A DNA stretch of 64,000 nt from the NCBI GenBank assembly GCA_964016885.1, contig OZ024740.1, positions 169,818,001-169,882,000 of the forward strand. Direction: 5' to 3'. A program made the translations under genes and the position numbers. The notes under the pieces are model-generated. The model ran no database searches and was not told where the DNA came from. It saw only the letters and a list, made by a program, of their open reading frames with translations. Below, one piece after another: positions 56,604 to 64,000 of the stretch. The DNA is from Eledone cirrhosa. Lineage: Eukaryota. Within the stretch, counting starts at the first letter, position 1. Every line of letters begins with the position of its first letter.

Positions 56604-57384
56604 GTGGAACACTGATAGGTAATATCCGTAGTGGTAGAGCGCTCAGTCCATGGGACGAGTTAGGTAGAAGTGGTTACACAACGGTTAGTTCACCATACAG
56701 AGAACAATTATTACACCTTAGCGGATCCTCAGTTCGTAATGGGCATGGTTATAGGAACAGGAAGGACAACCGTACGAACGCGCATGCGCAGAAACCCGGT
56801 CACTTGATACAGGCAATACTATATGCGTGTGGGGGTGTAAAGGAGATAACTGCGAAAGTACGAAAAGTTTTTAGTTGATAAGAAAATTACAAAGATTCAA
56901 TCCGGAGGTTTGTAGTTATGTAATAGGTGTTTGGAGACGTGTGGACAACGTGTGAAAAATTCATTTCTCGTGCTTAGGTAATCACTATTGCATAATCTCT
57001 TTAGAATAGTTATTCGTTCGTCAATACATAAGCCACACGTCGGATTTCCCCTTGCGTATGGCTTGGACTTAGTGATGGCTTTCCATTGAATGGAGTAGTC
57101 TATACTTGAGTCCTTGAGGGACCATACGTGGCTCGCGAGTTTCGTGGATGAACGTCTGTCCGGGTACCTAACTCGTCCCATGGATTGAGAGCTCTACCAC
57201 TACGGATATTACCTTCCAGTGTTCCACCACTACGCGTCTCCAGCACCGTTCAGCAGATTCTCTTCACTACGTAGAAATTTGGCTTTTAGCAGATTATTCA
57301 CCACGTGCGAGTTTCGTTTACTACCCTGAGAGCGCTCCCTATATCCTCGTGTCCCACACAATTTTGTGTCTCATCAACGTCAGT

Positions 57385-59486
57385 ATGGATTTATACGAAC
57401 TAGATTACTCCCTGAAGAACATTCCAACTCCCTCCAACCATGTTTACCAAAAGCTTCTCCTACAAAAAGCGGAAGATGTCGTCATACGCTTAAGATGGCG
57501 AGCCTTAGCTTTTGACGGCAAAATTACAGGCACCAATATCACATTAAACCTGAAATCGAGAGCCTACCCTCCTAAGGTAACTGAACTGGCTCCTTTCGAT
57601 ACGGACCTTCTTGACTTTTTTGCTAACATTTCCTTTCGCAAACACACTAACACCTTTCAAACTAAACTCAGAAATGATATTAAGACATTTAGGTCTTCTA
57701 ATAACACCTTCGTTCTTTCCGACAAAACTAATAATATTTACGAAGTCGACAACACCACTTTCCCCCACCTGGCCCATAACGCTATTACTTCTAAATATAA
57801 GAAAGCTAACCCTATGGCCTACCACGACATTAATACAGAAGCCAAAGAACTTGCCGCCGACTTTAAGGTAGATAAGAATCTACAATCTCTAGCTAAGCGG
57901 GAGGCGTTCCTCACCCTGAAAGATCACATGGTAGACTTTACTTCTAACCCCACATGTAGACTAATAAACCCGGCACGCGCAGATATGGGACTAGTCAGTA
58001 AGGCCATACTTAGAAACATAGTTAAGACTATTAGGACCAAGTCCAACCTGCCCCAGTGGGAGAACAGCGACTCCGTAATTAAGTGGTTTAACCCATTCAA
58101 ATCCGAAAAGGCGAAGTTCACACAGTTTGACATTGTCGACTTTTACCCGTCGATCTCAGAGACCCTGTTAAATAAAGCGTTGGACTTCGCTATCACTTAC
58201 ACTACCGTCGATGGTTTAGACAGGGAAATCATCGCTCAATGCCGGAAAACCCTCCTCTTCAACGATGGAGTAGCCTGGGCAAAGAATTCTACAACTTCAG
58301 ACCTATTCGACGTCTCCATGGGATCGTTTGACAGTGCTGACGTATGTGACTTGGTTGGCCTTTTTATCTTAGACATATTACGTGTTAGATTCACAGACTT
58401 CCACACGGGAATATACCGCGACGATGGACTGGCCTTATTGAGCCATAAAAGTGGTCACGACCTCGACCGATTTAAAAAAGACTTAGCTTCTACCTGCAAT
58501 GTGTTAGGACTTAGGATAAGAGTAGCTACCAACCTCTCTAGCGTAAATTTCTAAACATTAATTTAGACCTTCGCACACACACCCACAGACCCTTCCATAA
58601 GCTAAACGAAAAACTCAATTACATTCACAAGGACTCATGCCACCCTCCCACTGTTTTTAGAAACTTCGTAAATAATATCAGTACTAGAATCTCAAACCGC
58701 TCCTCTAATAAGGCTATCTTCGACAGGGCGGCACCCTACTATAACACGGCGTTAGCTAACAGCGGCTTCTCACAACCTATCACTTACTCTCCCACTATTA
58801 ACAACAGCAATAAGAAAAGTAAGCGCAACAATAGACAAACTATCTGGTTCTCTCCTCCCTTCTCACTCAACGTTAAAACCAATGTAGTAAAAAATTTCTA
58901 GCCCTCTTACATAGACACTTTTCCATAGGTCATAAATACTGATCCATCTTTAACCGACACAAAGTTAAACTAGGATACTCCTGCGCTAAGAACATGAAGG
59001 CCCACATCATCAGCAGCCGTAGGAGTAACACCCCACCAGGGTGCTCTTGCCGTAAGCCCCAAGCTTGCCCACTTCAACAGCAATGCAACACACCAGCTGT
59101 AATTTATGAAGTTGTGGTCACTTCCAACCGACTAAACCAACCACAGATCAAATCCTATGTGGGCATGGCGGATGGCCGATCTAAGGACCGTTTCCTGAAC
59201 CACCAGTCGACCTTTAGGTACCTGGACAGACGTTCATCCACGAAACTCGCGAGCCACGTATGGTCCCTCAAGGACTCAAGTATAGACTACTCCATTCAAT
59301 GGAAAGCCATCACTAAGTCCAAGCCATACGCAAGGGGAAATCCGACGTGTGGCTTATGTATTGGCGAACGAATAACTATTCTAAAGAGATATGCAATAGT
59401 GATTGCCTAAACTCGAGAAATGAATTTTTCACACGTTGTCCACACGTCTCCAAACACCTATTACATAACTACAAAGCTCCGGATTG
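57385..59486 (+). pseudogene. PLE RT + CxCx5C linker + C-terminal GIY-YIG endonuclease, about 3 frameshifts
   Basis: YSLKNIP, SDKT, CRLINPA, FDIVDFYPSI, VSMGSFDSADVCDLVG, IYRDDG, CSCRKPQACPL, VIY..SYVG..RF.NH, CGLC..E, TRCPH. Confidence 0.88.
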
Positions 59487-59649
59487 AATCTTTGTAATGT
59501 TCTTATTAACTAAAAAATTTTCGGACTTTCGCGATTATCTCCCTTACACCTCTCGCAAGCATTCTAGTATTGCCTGTGTGAAGTAACCGGGTTTCTGCGC
59601 ATGCGCGTTCGTACGGTTGTCCTTCCTGTTCCTATAACCATGCCCATAA

Positions 59650-59687
59650 CGAGCTGAGGATCCGCTAAGGTGAAACAATTCTTCTCG
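59650..59687 (+). ncRNA. Minimal type I hammerhead in the pLTR of the Hydra-like PLE
   Basis: cgag-CTGAGGA-tccgctaaggt-GAAA-caatt(c)-TT-ctcg; the inverted copy near 56700-56733 has aattgtt, giving a consensus palindromic stem III caattg. Confidence 0.7.
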
Positions 59688-59717
59688 GTATGGTGAACTA
59701 ACTGTTGTGTAACCACT

Positions 59718-60360
<643 letters not shown>

Positions 60361-60409
60361 ATATATATATATGAGTAAGTATCTTTTGAAACAGTGAGCA
60401 GGTTTGAAA

Positions 60410-60612
60410 TTAGAAAATAGAATAGCTTTCGCCGTATTTTTAAACTAAAGGAATTTTAGCCTGATAATGGGGTTTAGAACCCTCAGATAAATGGAAAAAG
60501 ATGAGTATTGGTGTACATCAATACTCATCTTTTTCCATTTATCTGAGGGTTCTAAACCCCATTATCAGGCTAAATTTCTTTAGTTAAAAATACGGAGAAA
60601 GCTATTATATTT
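60410..60612. repeat. About 200-bp near-perfect palindrome centred on tgtaca (60512-60517)
   Basis: tagcctgataatggggtttagaaccctcagataaatggaaaaagatgagtattg is inverted immediately downstream. Confidence 0.9.
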
Positions 60613-60985
60613 TATATATATATATATTGAGTATATGTTGGTTGTTTACCGACACCTCAGTATGCAGATTGGAGCACTCGACAAAGTAAGCTGGTTGGGT
60701 TGTTTACTCCGGAGTAATGTAAAATAAGTAAGTCAAACATGTAAAATTTGGCTTCGTTTATTATGAATTATAAATTCTCTGCTATATATATTTCAGTGAC
60801 AGCTATTACTGGCTGACCTCTCCAGGCAGTCCGATTGGTGTGGAAAAGACAGGTACACATGTCGTTGAAGTGTGTTCCACTCTGTCAATACATCGATATG
60901 TCCAGCTGCTGGGCCTGTTGTTAGTCCTCCGAGGAACTGAATCAAATGTATATATGTATATATGTATGTATATGTATATATGTAT

Positions 60986-61620
<635 letters not shown>

Positions 61621-61625
<5 letters not shown>

Positions 61626-62054
61626 ATATTAAATAAATGGAAACTATATTTATAAAACCATATTTATTTTATTATATATATTTCAAGGGTACCAAAACTT
61701 TGGTACGCTTTCATCAGATAAAATACAAAGTTTGTTTTATAAATTTTGACATAACCAAGAAAAGGATACCTTAAGTATTCAAGTTTTCCTTGGATAAAAC
61801 TTGAACCTTTAAGGTATCTTTTTCTTGGTTATGTCAAAATTTATAAAACATACTTTGTATTTTATCTGATGAAAGCGTACCAAAGTTTTGGTACCCTTGA
61901 AATATATATAATAGAATAAATATGGTTTTATAAATATAGTTTCCATTTATTTAATATCATTGAATATTATACTCCAGAAAACTGCCGAGTGCTCTGAATC
62001 AGTTACAAACATTTATATTTGTTGAATTACCAACAAATTGAATATCCCTTTTTG

Positions 62055-62058
<4 letters not shown>
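61621..62058. mobile_element. Fold-back hammerhead element (family A), hammerheads at 61665-61725 (-) and 61858-61918 (+)
   Basis: About 165-bp near-perfect arms; tattttat-CTGATGA-aagcgtaccaa(agtt)ttggtaccctt-GAAA-tatata-TA-atagaata; tail 61963-62058 resembles the reverse complement of 56183-56277. Confidence 0.85.
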
Positions 62059-62087
<29 letters not shown>

Positions 62088-62089
<2 letters not shown>

Positions 62090-64000
62090 CGGCGGACAAC
62101 GGAGGCGTCATGGTGGTGTGGCGCGCTGAACTCTACACGGCCGAAGCCCTCAGGAAGCTCCGTAGCCCCCTCTTCTTCCGCCCTTTACCCTCCGACCCCG
62201 CACCCCTCTACCAACAACAAGTCTCCTCTACCATCCCCCATCTTGTCTCCTCCTCCCTCCTCCCTCCCACCGCTTCCCACCTCATCGTCCGCACCGTCCA
62301 CAACCCCACTATCTACTTTTTCCCCAAACTCCACAAACCCGACGACCCCGGCCGCCTCATCGTCTCCGCTTGCAACTTCCCCACCTTGCAACTCATCTCC
62401 GCCTTTCTTGACTCCAGCCTCGCCCCCCTCCTCACCACCCTCCCCTCCCACATCTCCGAAACCAACCACGCCCTTCGCCTATTCGAATCCTTCACTTTAC
62501 CACACGGCCCACAGCCCCTCCTCTTCACCCTAGATATCAAGTCACTTTATACTATCATCCCCCTCGCCGACGGCCTACGTGCCCTCAAGCACTACCTCGA
62601 CCTTCGCCCCTCCAAACCCCCTCTACCCCCCACCCTCCTTCGCCTCGCCGAGATGGTCCTAACCCTCAACTGCTTCGCCTTCTCGGGTGAGGTTTACCAA
62701 CGGGTCACCGGTGTAGCCATAGGCACAAGTATGGGCCCAACTATGCCAACCTTTTCGTTGGCCATGTTGAGGCCCAAATCTTTGCCCAGTACACCGGCCC
62801 CACGCCCTAACTGTACGGTCGTTACATCGACGACTGTATCGGAGCCACGACAATCACCCGAGAACAGCTCGACTTCTTTCTCTCCTTCTTCTGCTCCTTC
62901 CACCCCTCCCTCCATTTCACCACCTCTATCTCCACCACCCACGTCCACTTCTTAGACATCTCCGTCGCCATCGACCCCACCCACCACTCCCTCGTCACCT
63001 CCGCCTTCTTCAAACCCACCTCCTCCCACTCATACTTCGACTTCACCTCCTCCCACCATAAATACACTAAATACTCTATTCCATACTCCCAACTCCTCAG
63101 GATCCGCGCCTCTGCAGCCGAGATGCTGACTTTGAGTCCCAGGCCCTTTCCCTAGTCAGCCATTTCATCCGCAGAGGTTAACGGAACACCCGCCACCAGC
63201 CTCAGGGTCGAACAACGCACCATCTTCACCCTCACTCCCGCCGGCCTGAACTCCCCACCCCTATTTCTTTAGCCTTCGACCGCCCTGTCCCCCCACACAC
63301 ATATATCCCCCACTAACACACTCCTCCTTTTCACCGCCCACCTTCTTGGCCCACCCCACAACTAACAATACTAACACCCCACCTCACCCCCGACCACCCT
63401 CCCCCAACTAACAATATTAACATCCCCACCTCTCCCCCTATCTCACACAAACCCACCTGTACATATATACAAGCACTCACACTATCCACACACCCTACTA
63501 CCACCACTAACCCTCACCCACACATCCACTCCAACCACCCCACAACTAATACCACTAACATCCCCCCGATCCCACGCACACGAACACACACACCCATCTA
63601 CACCGACTTACACCACCCAATCTACACACCCTACCACCACTGACCCACACCAACACACCCGCATTCAACCCTTTCCCCACAACCAGTATACTAACACCCA
63701 CTAACACACCCTTCACCACACACACACTCATCCAGACACGCACACACACACCAGTACACTACACTAGCTCCACCGTCCCCCACACCTTTTTAATCCCTCT
63801 CCCCGCTCCACCCACACCCCTTCACAAACACACACATCCCACTAACACCTCTACTAATACACACCCCATCCTCACATATGACCCCTTCCCCACTCCACCT
63901 TTCACACCTACCCATCCTCTCCCCTGTCCACCGCACCTCCGCACACACTGACACACTGACTTCTCCATCTGCCATTCTTCTCTGCTGCTGCTATGCCTTC
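62088..64000 (+). mobile_element. Second Neptune-like PLE, 5'-truncated, most of the endonuclease deleted, long C/A-rich 3' region
   Basis: ADNGGVMVVW, IYFFPKLHK, LDIKSLYT, GVAIGTSMGP, RYIDD, KPTSSH; jumps near 63180 to the C-terminal EQRTI..GLNSPP. Confidence 0.85.

Noticed and set aside
57385-59486. Selenoprotein-encoding (Naiad-type) PLE
   Set aside because: The endonuclease is C-terminal, the Cys codons are ordinary, and the disruptions are frameshifts rather than in-frame TGA at Cys sites

Overview
Eukaryotic, AT-rich and repeat-dominated animal DNA. The SINE family and microsatellite load suggest an octopod cephalopod; this is an inference from recall, not a search. No intact multi-exon gene is visible. 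The best host-gene signal is one signal-peptide exon on the minus strand (37457-37526). Region 1-15.6 kb is a nest of retroelements stacked at (TAA)n sites: tRNA-derived SINEs, two degraded L1/Tx1-type LINEs and several R4/Dong-type RLE fragments. Region 49-64 kb is a cluster of Penelope-like elements (PLEs) of three apparent clades (Neptune-, Hydra- and Nematis-like) inserted into (TA)n. The most striking signal is a set of short non-coding (TA)n-embedded fold-back elements, many carrying type I hammerhead ribozyme folds. I find about five hammerhead families, with stem covariation between copies. Several sit on both strands of one palindrome, and in some the fold-back point falls on ribozyme helices. 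Almost all IYIY/VCVC-type ORFs are microsatellite artefacts.
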